NCBI GenBank assembly: GCA_964199315.1
Contig: OZ116702.1
Span: forward strand, 21,328,001 to 21,392,000
Reading direction: 5' to 3'
Length of the DNA stretch: 64,000 nucleotides
Source: Orbicella franksi
Taxonomy: Eukaryota
The notes below the pieces were generated by a model that saw only the letters and a list, made by a program, of their open reading frames with translations, ran no database searches and was not told the DNA's origin. Made by a program: the position numbers and the translations under genes. Position 1 is the first letter of the stretch, and every line of letters begins with the position of its first letter. Of this stretch, positions 14,501-26,600 are shown piece after piece.

Positions 14501-17449
14501 GACTTAGATCATTCAAAGCTTGACATAAAAGAGTCCTATTCTCAAAAAATAGTTCTGATAATTATATTGTATATTATCCGTTAAAATTACCCATGGTTAA
14601 ATTTGGAGCAATGATGCCTATGTTGTAGTTAAAAATTAATTTTAGATCAAGATAATTTTAAAATAGCTACTTCAATATAAAGAAAAATAGACATAAAACT
14701 AGTTTGAAATCATTCGACCTAAAATTTATTCTAAACTGAACAGAAAGTTTCAATGAGTTTTCTTTTTCGACAGGAATATCACTTTACTTGTTTAACCCTT
14801 CATACATGTTACTTTGGAAAATTTGGTTAGTAGAAAATTCAGAGTTAGACATTGGTCTATTATTATTATAAATATTAGTCTTCATAAGATAGGAAATGAC
14901 TTTTAAAATGGCTTTGGTAATATCTTCTTGATAATTAAGTGTATTGACACTGAAAGAGAAGTTAGATGTTTACCTACTAGAGCCCTGTCTGTTCCCAAAA
15001 AAAGTATTCTTGGGGAGGCCATTACTTGACCTGGGCTTGACGCCAACAGTTGTTACAACTTGTAGCACAATGTGAGAATTCTTCAAAGCCAGTTCAACTC
15101 AAGGTGCAACTTACCTGGTCACATCGGTGACAAAAATATGGGTGTTTGAGGATTCACTATGTGCTTTTATCCAGTCAGAAAAAGATCTCAAAAGATTCTA
15201 AAGCTAGTGTCAGTCAGTGCCAGAAGTAGTTTTATTACAGGTGTGGGGGTGACAAATACTAGAAGTATTTGAGACTTTGTGAGATGGTTAGACCAATACA
15301 TGAAGGTAAATGTATTTTAATAATGCTCTTTCTCATAAGCCCAGCTTTCTCATTGATGTAGAAGTAATAAAAGCCTTGAAAGGGTGTCAAAAAAACAGCT
15401 GAGATGGTAAGACCCAGGAAAGGAAGGTCTAGGAGTACTGCTACATACAATACTCCCCTTGGAAGGGATGCTAGTCTACAAATTACACACTAGAATTTAG
15501 CCATATTTCCCAAGCATTCACTGCCACCCATTTATAGCTGTTTTGAGAAATGTTACCATACAGAAATTAAAATCCTATCCAACAGTGATATTATGGGAGG
15601 TGGCAGTTCACTTTTATTTCAAGGGAATTCAATAGGCAATGAGAGCATCAATCCCAACAAGCACAGTTATTTCTCTGGCCATCATGTTGAAACTCTTAAA
15701 ACTGTGATATACAAAGCTGAACTACCACTGCCTATAATAGTGATGCTGATGTTTCCAAGACTCAAATATCAAATAGGTCATATTTGTATTCACGGTATTA
15801 GACGATTAATGACGATTATTAACGATTAAAAGAGATTAATGTCATTTGCATCTAAAAAGACTCCCTGCATTAGCCTCACTTGCAAGCTAGTAGTTCTAGT
15901 CCAGTACCAAGAATATGAATACGACCTATTTCAAAGTGTCCATGACTGGCAGACTGGCTTCTAAAATTCACTGACACCAAGACAACATTCTTTGTGCCTT
16001 ATTTTGAGTTCAGATCATTTAAATAAGAAAGACACCAAGAAATAATTACATGTAAGCATTCATATTGCTTTGTTTGACGCATCCACCTTATGCCACTTAC
16101 CAACACTTTATACCACACAAAATTTCACCCATTGGAAAGTGAAATGTGAAATAATTTACTATCATAGAAACTGCCTTTAGTTGGAGAAATCAACGCATTA
16201 TAATCACGATGTTACACCTGCATCAGAGAACAATCTTAATAAAACCAATACAATGACATAGTGCAATGAAACCACTATAACTGAATACATGTATCTAAAA
16301 CACTGGACTTTATGACCATGAGTTAGTTGGCTAAAAATTATCTAATACCATAGGGAAGCACCTGAATGTGGGGAAACAATAGTCACATCCAGCCATTCTA
16401 AAGTGAATGGTTTTATCACATTCTTATCTCAAGTTTGTGAAAACACGTCATTAATAAATAACCAACTTAACAAAAGGAAATAAATTTATCTAACGAGACA
16501 AGTAGTCTAATATGGAAGGACTGTGACGTACATGTATTGACAACCTTTCTTTGACTTCTTGATTGAATTTTCTGGCGACAAGAAGCTACAAGAAGCAAGC
16601 GCCCGGGAGCAAGCGTCCGTGTTTTCAATAAAATCTAACATTTCGGTTTTTTTACGATGGACTATTTGGGCTGAAATAGTATTGAGCAGAATACGTTTAT
16701 TCACAAATGAGTACAATACTTAGCTTAAGTTTCAGCTTAGGAAGTTAAGTTATAAATTATACCTTAATAATATTTGGGTCAAAAAGAAATGTCTAGAATT
16801 GACCTTTTAACAACACCAGTTACCACAAATTGAAGAACAGTGAATGGCACTTACTAGCTGATCCAAAAGTGGGCGAAAAACAACAATCTGCAACTCCCAT
16901 ATCATGGCCTTCTGCATACAACTTCATCAACTTTCCACTCTGGGCATCCCAGACGCACAAATCTCCCATACTTGTTCCTGTTATTATATGCAAGCTATCT
17001 GGCGTAAAGCAACAAGTCAGTACACTACTTTCCAGTCTTTCCACGCTCCGGATAAGCTTTCTCGAGGAAACATCCCAAATACAAAACGTTTCATCTGCGG
17101 AGCCGGTCACAAGAAATCGAGAGTTCGGCGAGAAGCGACAAACGCGAACACCGCTTTTGTGCCCCTGAAGAACAGCGATCACAGAGCCTGTGTTAACATC
17201 CCAAAGGTGAACATTACAGTCTGTCGAGGCTGTAGCGAGTAAAGTTCCAAACGGCGAAAAACGGCAAGAATTAACCCCGTACGAATGCCCAAGCAAAGGT
17301 GATATAGAGACTTCACTTCCATCCTCGATGTTCCACAGTCGCACGGTTTTATCGCCAGAACTGGAGGCTAAAACTTTGCTGTTAGGCGAAAAACTGCATG
17401 ACGTGACGTCTGTGGCATGCTTTGAGAAGGTGTTAACTAACACAGCCAT
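5542..17449 (-). CDS. WDSUB1: WD repeat, SAM and U-box domain-containing protein 1, 10 exons, 506 aa
   Basis: Exons (-): 17449-16855, 12772-12671, 12479-12383, 10134-10101, 9497-9457, 8661-8561, 8104-8025, 7480-7309, 6586-6452, 5705-5542. All introns are GT-AG with consistent phases; total 1521 nt. WD40 repeats (GHSYGVNSCRFSP, GHKSGVRVCRFSP, GHQGPVHGVAMSP, GHTRYITCCTFS), SAM (WSVEEVCSWL...FRENAIDGVEL...DLGI) and U-box ([35 protein letters not shown]...TSPMTN...LTPN). Confidence 0.95.
5750..6240. repeat. Degenerate (GACT/GACA/GATG)n tetranucleotide tract with an internal ~135-bp tandem duplication, in WDSUB1 intron 9
   Basis: The block aaggtcaactgacc...attggccagttcaccaagtgactgac at ~5867 recurs as aagatcgactgacc...attggccagttaaccaagtgactgac at ~6003. 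Confidence 0.8.
6790..7069 (+). mobile_element. 3' end of an RTE-clade LINE (decayed), antisense in WDSUB1 intron 8
   Basis: Translates with breaks to RRWNWINHA...HWKPTGTRKSGRPRLSW...LTWGEAAKTA...LCATW, followed by an (AAGT)n-like tail. This is the typical RTE C-terminus. Confidence 0.75.
10921..11400. mobile_element. Cluster of tRNA-derived SINE-like units: two partial - strand units in tandem and one + strand unit, forming an inverted pair
   Basis: + copy has A box GTAGCTCAGTGGATAGAGC (11239) and B box GGTTCGATTCC (11284). 10921-11012 and ~11096-11219 are reverse-complement copies of parts of it. Confidence 0.8.
11550..12300. mobile_element. Nested MITE-like repeat cluster in WDSUB1 intron 3
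   Basis: Internal inverted motifs (gaggatattacatggcc...gccatgtaatgttc; tatttattatataaacaccaa versus ttggtgtttatataataaa at ~12283-12300). Resemblance to common coral repeats is from recall only. Confidence 0.5.
12955..12985. repeat. (ATG/CAT)n microsatellite
   Basis: tatgatgatgatgatgatgatgatgatgatgc. Confidence 0.95.
13080..13360. repeat. Short-motif satellite-like interspersed repeat (gagtgtcga / tcgatc / gttgac motifs)
   Basis: Repeated GAGTGTC(A/G)A and ATCGATC motifs, ending in acatgatccc. Confidence 0.6.
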
Positions 17450-17687
17450 TTGTAAGCACGAAACAGCTACATTTTAGGCAAATACAGAGTTCTTCAAGGT
17501 GTCTATGACTATTCGCGATGACCAAAATAGATGGAGGTCGCAAATTACGTCACTCGACACAAATACGAGCTACGCCGACTGTAACCGATGAATTGCCGAT
17601 GAGTATCCGAAAATAGACTTGTTCCCAGTCTCTACTGAAATGACTCCTCATGATGACTCGTCAAGAAATTAGGGCCTGTTTACAAGG

Positions 17688-18060
17688 AGAGAGGGTTACC
17701 CTAGCACTCACACATTTCCTTTTTTTTTCCCTTCGTCGTGTTTACAAGGCAGCCAGGGTTACCCGGGTAGGCAGATTACCCGGGTAGGCGGGTAACCCTA
17801 TCTACGTGCTAGGGTTATGGCAGGCGGGTTAACTTTTTCCCTTGTAAATACTCCAGGTAGGGTTAACCCGCCCACCCGGGTTAACTTTCTATTTGTTTCC
17901 AGACCCTTTGAGTGTAACCGGGTTGTAGGGTTACCTAGGCTCGATTTCCACCGCTTTCTCGAGTCCGGTCTACGTTCCCCGTGAGTTCGGGGGAGGAGCG
18001 CGGGCTCCTTTCCCGAACAGCGGCTGGTTATCGAGCCTAAGGGTTACCCTACCTGTGAAA
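17688..18060. mobile_element. MITE rich in GGGTTACC/GGTAACCC motifs, interrupted by a nested 100-bp TA-flanked MITE (17938-18037)
   Basis: Starts tagggcctgtttacaagg with repeated gggttaccc motifs. The nested element has TIRs GGCTCGAT...ATCGAGCC and TA on both sides (17936-37, 18038-39). Confidence 0.7.
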
Positions 18061-18340
18061 TTTTGCTTGAGCTAAGAAGGGGTCAAGGGGGGAGCGTTTT
18101 TTTTTTTGTTTTTTTTTTTTTCTTGCTTGCTTGCCCTGCCGGCTTTTCTTCCTTCTGCGATTTTTTTTTCCCAAAATAAGGGGGGAGCTGGGCCTCGCGG
18201 GTCCCTCCTCCAGATCCGCCACTGACGCTTTGCTGAAACATAGCTTAAGTTACGCCTACAAAACCCGAATTCCAGGTAGAGTGAACTTGAAATGCATCTG
18301 TGAAAACGATACTTCAGTACTGTATCCTCAAGGTATGGAG

Positions 18341-19403
18341 GGGTCTGCTAAATCTGCGAGCCAGCGAGCCATGCGAGCCACGGTGTGAGCCATGCGAGTC
18401 ATGCGAGTCATGCGAGTCATGCGAGCCATTTATGCGAGTATTTTTTTTTTCTTCAACTGGTCTGGGAGGTCGTCGACTTTTCGCCAAGAAACATAGATCT
18501 CGCGCCCGACTATCACTAAACTATCGCTATAAACCGCTCGCCCGCCATCTTGAAAGTGGAGATGACCCTGGGGACGAGTATAAACGGTACAACCTCGCTC
18601 CTAGGGTACTCTCTCTTTTCGGGCCTGGGAAATTAATTTTAAATAAAAATTTAGCTACAAAAGTGCCTACAATTGAAATATTCCCAAAAGAAAATCCTAA
18701 TCTCGCTTCGGTTACCAGAACTATTGCTGGTGCGGCAAATATGAAAAATGCTCTAAACATCTGCACATCGTGCCAAGTCTTGCGTCATAGTAATGGCTAC
18801 CCTGAGTGTGATGAATTTTTTTCTTTGTTTCATATTTTTGTTGTTTGGAGAAAATTTTGTGTATTCCAATCGCCCAGGATCCGCAAAAAATAAAAACGAT
18901 GCGTCAAAAATTTATTAAGGTTCAGGACTAAAGTAGAGAAATTTTCTGAGAGAAACGTACGGCTCCACCGCCCCACCGCTACTCGAATGGGTAAGTGAAT
19001 GGTATCCATTGGCACCTGTCATTCATTGATATCCACGTTGAAAATCATTCAAGAAAAAAGAGAACAGTACTTCAGGGCAACTCCGTGTATTGGCGTCAAG
19101 AATGGTGAGTGAATCGCGTAATTTTAACAGGTTCGCTCTTTAGTGAATCAGAGTTACCAAAACTTTGTCGGTTGGCTGACTGCTGCATGTGGTTGTCCCT
19201 TCCCTTAGAATTTAATATTGCAAGAATTTAATATTGCGATCTTATTCATCTTGTTCCGTTGCTCTTGTTCTTGTTCTCATGTGAATGTAAATGTAACAAA
19301 TAAAAAATCTTAACATTTTTACTAGGGCTCGCATGACTCGCATGACTCGCATGGCTCGCCCTTTGGCTCGCATGGCTCGCTGGCTCGCAGGTTTATAAAA
19401 CTC
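18341..19403. mobile_element. 1063-bp non-autonomous TIR DNA transposon with 8-bp TSD and minisatellite-containing TIRs
   Basis: TSD GTATGGAG at 18333-18340 and 19404-19411. TIRs of ~90 bp (gggtctgctaaatctgcgagcc... / ...ggctcgcaggtttataaaactc) are built from (GCGAG[C/T]CAT)n 9-mers. Confidence 0.85.
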
Positions 19404-20606
19404 GTATGGAGCTAATTAAAAATTTAATTCTTTACTGTACGTAAATATTTCGGACCTTACAATTTTCGACGCATAAAAATTCTCCCTCCCGGTCGAACGG
19501 TTTTATTTTCGGACACGTTTCTTGTCCGAAATCAAAGTCTCATTGAATCTTTTTCGCAAGTATTATAATTTGTTTCCAAGTTGGAAAATTGGAAATGATG
19601 ATGACGACGACGACGACGATGATGATGATGATGAAACAGAAGAAGGGTTACATTGCTGGGAAAGGTGTACTTCGATGATTCTGAAGCTCGAAGAGTGAAA
19701 TCGGAAAATTGACGGAAAAGATTGTTTTATATTTTTTGTCGCACATTGCTTTGTCTAATAGGTGGATACAGAAGCCCATCGATGGGCCCCTGGTGGATGA
19801 CGTACTAGAAATCGAAAGTCCTATAATTGAAAAATTACCAAATATATGAATTTTTTCTTAATGCGTGTGTCATGTGACCGTTGCTTATTTTGAAGCTCAT
19901 TCTGGTCCACTGTATCATGTATCTCGTCTGGTAGTTGGCATGGGTTTCCTCTCTCTCTAAAGACCTCTAAAATAGTTCCCCAAACACAATTGCCTCAGAT
20001 CCTGTACGTTTACAGATCTTTATACCCTTCCTACATGGGCCTGTGGGATAGGTTCTGTTCAGATGTGTATTCACTGTTCTTCTGCACGCAGAGCTCAGAA
20101 GGAAAATTCCAGTCAAACGTGTTTTCCCGGTGCAGTGATAACGCAATCCTACAGTTCGAACCACCAGGTATACATAAACAAAACAATTCTGGATGTAAGT
20201 TTCATCTGAATTTTTTATATTTAAGATATTTTTATGATAAGTTATTTCTACATATATGAATTCCTCAACGTTTTTGCAAGCCTGACCTTTTATTTTTATT
20301 TTTAGCTATTTTTGGCTCAGGAAAACCTGCCACCCTTCCCCGTGATCTAAAAAAGCGCCGAAAAACGTGACCCAGCTCATGGAGCAATTTTCCAAATTCT
20401 GATTGGTTGAACCAAATCATGTGACTTTTCCGTCGCGCCAGTGTAGACCTTCATTGATGTATTTTTAAGAGTACAAGGTTCAAACATGCCTTTATGATCA
20501 CAGAAAATCTGCTGGACAAGTGTTTTAGTAACTAAGCGAAGAGAATCTACATGAAGCCAAGAAGGGAGAAGAGTATTGTTTTCACTACATAAGTACATAT
20601 TTCATT

Positions 20607-23600
20607 ATGCGGATCACAAGAGTCTTGTTTGAAGATGTCGCCAAGCTCATTCAGCGATACAGTCGCTACCAACAGTCCTCCTTGTCGATTGAGCAATTTA
20701 CAACTTTCGGTACGTAGATTTACGAGTTTTATTTCAATGTACTATGCTGAACAGCAATAACTTGTCAATGATTGAGTAAGCTTGGTGGAGTTAAAAATCG
20801 TTCGTGAATACTACGGCTCCTGCAGGTTGCTTTCATGTATATAGACGGTGATCTCGAAGAATAGAGCATTTGTTGGGTAAAATTATGTAAATAGCCTAAT
20901 ACTTCGCCTAACAAGGAGTCAGTGATGCTTTTTTTCGCTGTTATGGATGATGAAACTTATTTGTCACGCGGCCGATTTCTGCCACCCAGGTTCTTTTCTG
21001 TAGAAGTAATAATAGCCCTTTCGATTCATAAACGCGAGATTTTTTCAAGTCAGTTCGTTAATTTTACGCGCTTAGTCGAGTGATGACTTATTCCGTGACT
21101 TTGCGCTGAAGGAGCGAACAATGTTTATGCTGTTTACTACCTACTTCAAAACTTCAGAAATTTTCCCTTGTAGTGTTGAAACTATGCAAGTTCAAATGAC
21201 CGGCGAGGATTACCCTTGTTTATCTGGAGTCGTGTTTCGCTGCTCTCAAGGTCATTTGCATTCTAAACGATGGTGACGTACAGGCAGCGCCCCCAATACG
21301 CCCCCATACCCGGTAAAATAGTTGTTAACACATCCGTTTACGCTTACTCGTGAATCATGTGATAATCACAAGGTTGGAGTCGTGTCTCTGATCCTGTTTT
21401 ATGTTAAAAAGTATAGTACATAATCATGCACTTTTAAATATTTCACTTTGAGTTTCTGTTGTCAGACATGGCCACTGGCATGGCTTGGAAAGTAATTCAG
21501 CTGACTTCCTACAATGTCTTTTCACAGTTTTGTCTCCAGTTTCAATCTAGCAAATTTTAGAAATGTTCTTGAATTTTTTTGCATTTAAATGGTAGTATCT
21601 GGTCAAATTTCTTGGCTCAGTTTTGGCATCTCCATAAACATCATTAAAATTTAAGTAAAAATAATGTGGGTTATTTTTGGCAGTCTTATAAAACAGGTTT
21701 TAGCCTTGAAACACTAAAATAAACAAGCCTATAAGAAAGGAAAGTTAAAGAAGAACAAATTTCAAGTGCTTGCTTCATGAGTTGACAGAAATTTTGTTTA
21801 TAAATGGTAATTACTTTTGACGCAATGATATTGTTCATGTACAAAGGTCCTCCTAAGTGGCTCTTAATGTTAAATTGTGTTGTTTTTTCAACATAACTTT
21901 AGCAACATATCTATTTTTTTAAACATTGTTCTCATGAAACTAATGGATGGTCAATATAAATATTAGGCTTAAAGCTTTTCATTTTGACAACATAATTGCT
22001 TTAATCCTCATTCTAGTGTCACAATTTCATCAGCAAATCATTTTAGAATGTGCAAAATTAGGTTTAGATCAAGGAAGTGCTAAAATGTCAGAAGTAATAT
22101 TATTAAGAAGGCCAATCCCATACTAGTAATCCATTCCAAGTTTCATTAGACTCTGTTTACCTTTGTTGGTAATACTAATGCTGGAAATTTTTTTTCTGTG
22201 ACCGGCAAGTTTTAAATACAATAGTTGGGTTAAACAGGTGTTGGACATTTATCGCGGCTTAAATACAAAAAAGCTACTTTACTGATTCAGAGAAGTTTTT
22301 TATCTATTTTATAAATTATCTATTTTCTTATAAAATTTAAACTAATTAGATAGTGATTGGATATCAAGTCATTTTTAAGTAGTAAGAAGTGCATTGTGTT
22401 ATTCTTTAGTGTACTTTTGTCTCTACTGCATGAGTTTTAGTTGTAACTTTGTGAAAACCTTTGATATGGAGAGGCAAGAGTGAAAGGTTGACAGTTTGAG
22501 AAAAGCTTTTTTCTAATCTTGTTTAATTAACATTCCATCAGACTAAAACATTGACATTCTTTCCTTTGAAAGGCAAGACTGCAAAACCAGTAGAATCTTT
22601 CCAGTTTGGTCGACATGAATTACCTGTGCGGCTTGCACACATCATCAGGGAGATTGATCTTCTTCCTAAGAACTTGTTGAAAATGCCATCTGTTGAACTT
22701 GTTAGAAGCTGGTGAGTATGATTGAAGTTTCAATATCTTTACTGTACCCTGAAGTGATGGTTTGTATTGCATGTTATTCTGAATTGAATACTGTTGATGG
22801 TTGACAAAAGTCCTTTGGACACTGATGTAATGTAGCGAATTATCCGTGTTCTGCAACTGAAGCTTGAAAAAGCACTGCCATTCATTGCTGTTCCCCTTCC
22901 CCATGTCAATACAATGTTGAAACTCAGGAGAAATTACAGGTACTCGGTTTCAACATTGTATGTGAGGTAGGGAGAGAGGCTAGGCAGTTGAAGTTGTATT
23001 TGTTCGTGACTGTTTGTCTGAGGTGTGTGCAAAAGCACCAAAAGTGTAAATTTCTCCTAAGACTTTTATTCATAAATATTGTAGTGTATTGTAGATTACT
23101 GCCAGCATTCTTATCACATTTTTCCAGCATTATTATTGGTATACTATCTGCTTATTGAATGAGCAGGAGGGCCAGATGGGAATATATTAAATCAAGTTCA
23201 CAATATATAGATTTAATACAGCATGGTCAGTGTGTCCTGGCCGGTATTTTTCTGTCTGGCCTGGCCTAACTCAGTCATGTAGTAGTGAGTAACTATTTTA
23301 GTATAACAACACTTTTGCTTAGTTTCATTTGGTTATGTGATGTGAAAGTATTGTTGGTGAAAGGTTTGAATTACCTGTAGATAACAAATTACGTGTACTG
23401 CTGTGTGGGGGTTTGACGGATTTTTGTAGTAACACCAACATAGCAAGTACATGCACATTAAAGGTTGCTTATCTGATTTATTATCAGGTATGTTCAGAGT
23501 TTTAGCGAGTTGGTTGAGTTTCAAAATGAAGAAGAAACAGATGAAGTTACAAACAGGTAAAGTTTTGCTCTTAGAAAATTTGCAGTATTTTAGCTAGCTG

Positions 23601-26600
23601 ATGAAACAGTTTACAAATTTGCATTAGTTTTTCACACTGCTTACTGGTAGGTAGATTAAGTTGAAAAGTGTGCAAAAGTAATATGAAAATGTGGATTTAA
23701 TTGCTGCTTGCTAGGCTGTGAGTGTTCATCATTTTTGGTAATTGTTTTGTAGCCAAATGGTGAAAACAGAGATGGTTAATGAAATTGTGAATGACAGGGA
23801 TCAATGCCTCACTTTAGTGTCAAACTTTTGTATTTCAATAGATTCACGCAAAGTTTGATGTACATCAAACAGCGCCATGACAACGTTGTAGAGACCATGG
23901 CCCAGGTAAAGATAATAATTATTATAGCCTAGTTTAGATGTCATTTCTTTAATGTATCAGTTTTATGACTGGAAAGGATTGTGCCACTTTCTTTAGTGTG
24001 TACAATGTACTTATTCTACTCATCGTAGAATGGTCCCATGGCAAATCTGAGCTTTTAAAGTTATTTCAGTCTATAACTTACAGTATTTGGAGATTTACAT
24101 TCCTAAATGAGTGTTACCAGTGGTGTTGGACCTTTAGAGAAAAAGTGATTATAGCTTGTTTGGATAACATCACAGAACAACAAGCATAGATGTGTGACAG
24201 TGTGACGATGATGATGATGATCATCATCATCATCATCTTTATTTAAAACAAAATTGTCAATTTAAGGTTTTAGAAGAGGAGGTGCACTAAAAAAGGAGGC
24301 AAAGCCTAGCTAGATGATTACTGTCTTTTGTCTTTTTCCGTACATGTGAATTTGGAACTGAGGTCTTCTGTAACATTTGGTCTTCTATAATTCAGGGCAT
24401 CATGGAACTTCGAGAGAAGGAGGGTGATGATGCCTTCCATCCATCAATAGAGTATTTTCTAGGTAATGTAATTAACATGACACTCTTTGTAACAGAATCA
24501 TAGAATATCTTTCCATATTAGGGCTGTGCTCTAGAAGCACCCAGGTGCCACAGGTGCCTAACTTTTGACTTTAGGCGACTGAAAAAACTCACTTTTTTCA
24601 TATAAGTTTAAGTGCTGGATATATATTTTTTCATGGTTAGGAACCTCTGGGCTTTTCACAATTTTTCCACAGCCTTGTATATGGAATAGATTTCTTACTC
24701 CAGACAAAAACATTAAGTTTTTTACAAGTGGAAAAATGTTAAGATTGAGTTCTATGACTAGAAAATTACATGTAACTTCAAGTTATTTGTTAAAATGGTT
24801 TTTACACCTGGATATGGTAACTGTCGTCGCATGGCTGCATTACCATTTCTTTGTTTGTTTGGTCACACAGCTGCGCGACTGGTTACCATGTGACCTGGCA
24901 ACAGTTGAAAACATACAACATAATAAAAGTTGCAAGCGATGTTTCCATTTCAGCTCATTGTTTATCAAACTCAGGCTAAATTAAGGTCAGAAATCACTCT
25001 AAGTATTTTGTCAATTATGTATTCCACTAGTTTTCTCAAAGATTATTCTCGATGCTGATTTATTATCTGATGTTTCGTTGCGTGCGTTGTCTGTAGTCAC
25101 CAACCGCCAAATATATGATTTGTTAAATTCAAAATAAACATCTGCTTAAAAATACTGTAGTTGTAGTCAGGCATAGTAATAAAATCTTAAAAGTTGTTGT
25201 CGCTGACTTAAAAATCTTAAAATAGACATTTCGGCTAAAATACTATAACCTTCTTCAGTGATGAAATGAATGTTAATGGCGTCTAAATGTAAATGAGATG
25301 TTTATAAGAATGTGAGGAACTCGCTAGTGATTAATTTAGCATTTTGTTAATGTCTGGAATATGCGCGTGGTCATTAATTGAGTTCGGTTCGCGAATGGAA
25401 TGCCATGTTTCCAAGAACAATCTACGCGACCACAAGGGACAGCGGTCTATGACCTTGACATTATTAAAATCAAATTCGTGGTTGTTTTTCATACAGTGTT
25501 GCGCCAAAAGAGAGTTCTTGTCACATGTGAGGACGGCTCTTTTATGTTCTTTTGTTCTGGATCTCAGTGCTCTGGATGTTTGACCAATGTAAAGTTTTTC
25601 ATAGTTTTTACAATTGATTTTATACACGACACCAGTTGACAGGTCTTGATCGAATTTGTCCTTCGGTTTCTTCAGGATCGAACCAACCGTCTTGACGGGT
25701 TTATGAGCAACATTTACGTCAAATTGTCCCAAAGTTCTTGCAATTTTTTCAGAGATTCCTTGGAAATATGGCAAAGTAACAAAGCCTCTGTGGCTTTGAA
25801 GCTGATTATTTTGGGGCTGATTTAATGCTTTAGGTGGTTTGGTTCTTTGGCAGCTTTTTAAGAATTGGTCTGTGTAACCATTGGTTTTGAGTGCGTCCAC
25901 CATGTGTTGTACTTCGGATTTTTTGTCTTCATCAGTTGACGGAATATTCTTTGCTCTGTCAAGAAGGGTTCTGGCCACTGAGCGTTTGTGTTGCAAAGGG
26001 TGGTGAGAGTTGAAATGGAGATACTTGTCGGTATGGGTTGCTTTTCTGTAAACACTGGTTTTAATTGATCCATCAGTATTTCTAGTTGTCTTTGTGTTGA
26101 GGAATGCGATGGATCTATCACTCTCTTCTTCGACTGTGAATTTGATGTGCTGGTTGATCGAGTTAAGATGGGAGTGAAATTCAGTGAGATGCTCACGGGC
26201 AAGGCAAACATGGCCATCGTCGACATATCTGTACCACCACGTAGGGGGGTGTGGTGCAGTACTTAACGCTCTCTCTTCGACGTGTTCCATCACCAAATTT
26301 GCCAAGATGGTGCTTACAGGTGAACCCATGGGACAGCCGAATATTTGTTCGTAGAAAACGCCACCAAAGACAAAGTAGTTGTTGTCAAGCACAAATTCAA
26401 GCAACTTCATGATGTTGTCCACGGACATATTGGTTCTTTCGGGTATGGTCAAATCAGACTCAAGTCTGGTCTTAGTCACCTCGAGTGCCAGTGCCGTGGG
26501 AATAGATGTGAAAAGCGATACAACATCAAAAGACACCATGATCTCATGCGGTTGTGCAATTAGAGATTTTTCTCACGAAGTCGTTGCTGTTCGTAACAGT

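Noticed and set aside
16830-17242. Two 112-aa + strand ORFs
   Set aside because: They are antisense shadows of WDSUB1 exon 1.
18300-18893. 197-aa ORF with a CEPCESCESCES repeat (metallothionein-like look)
   Set aside because: The Cys repeat is the translation of the 9-bp TIR minisatellite of the 18341-19403 transposon; the rest has no protein-like features.
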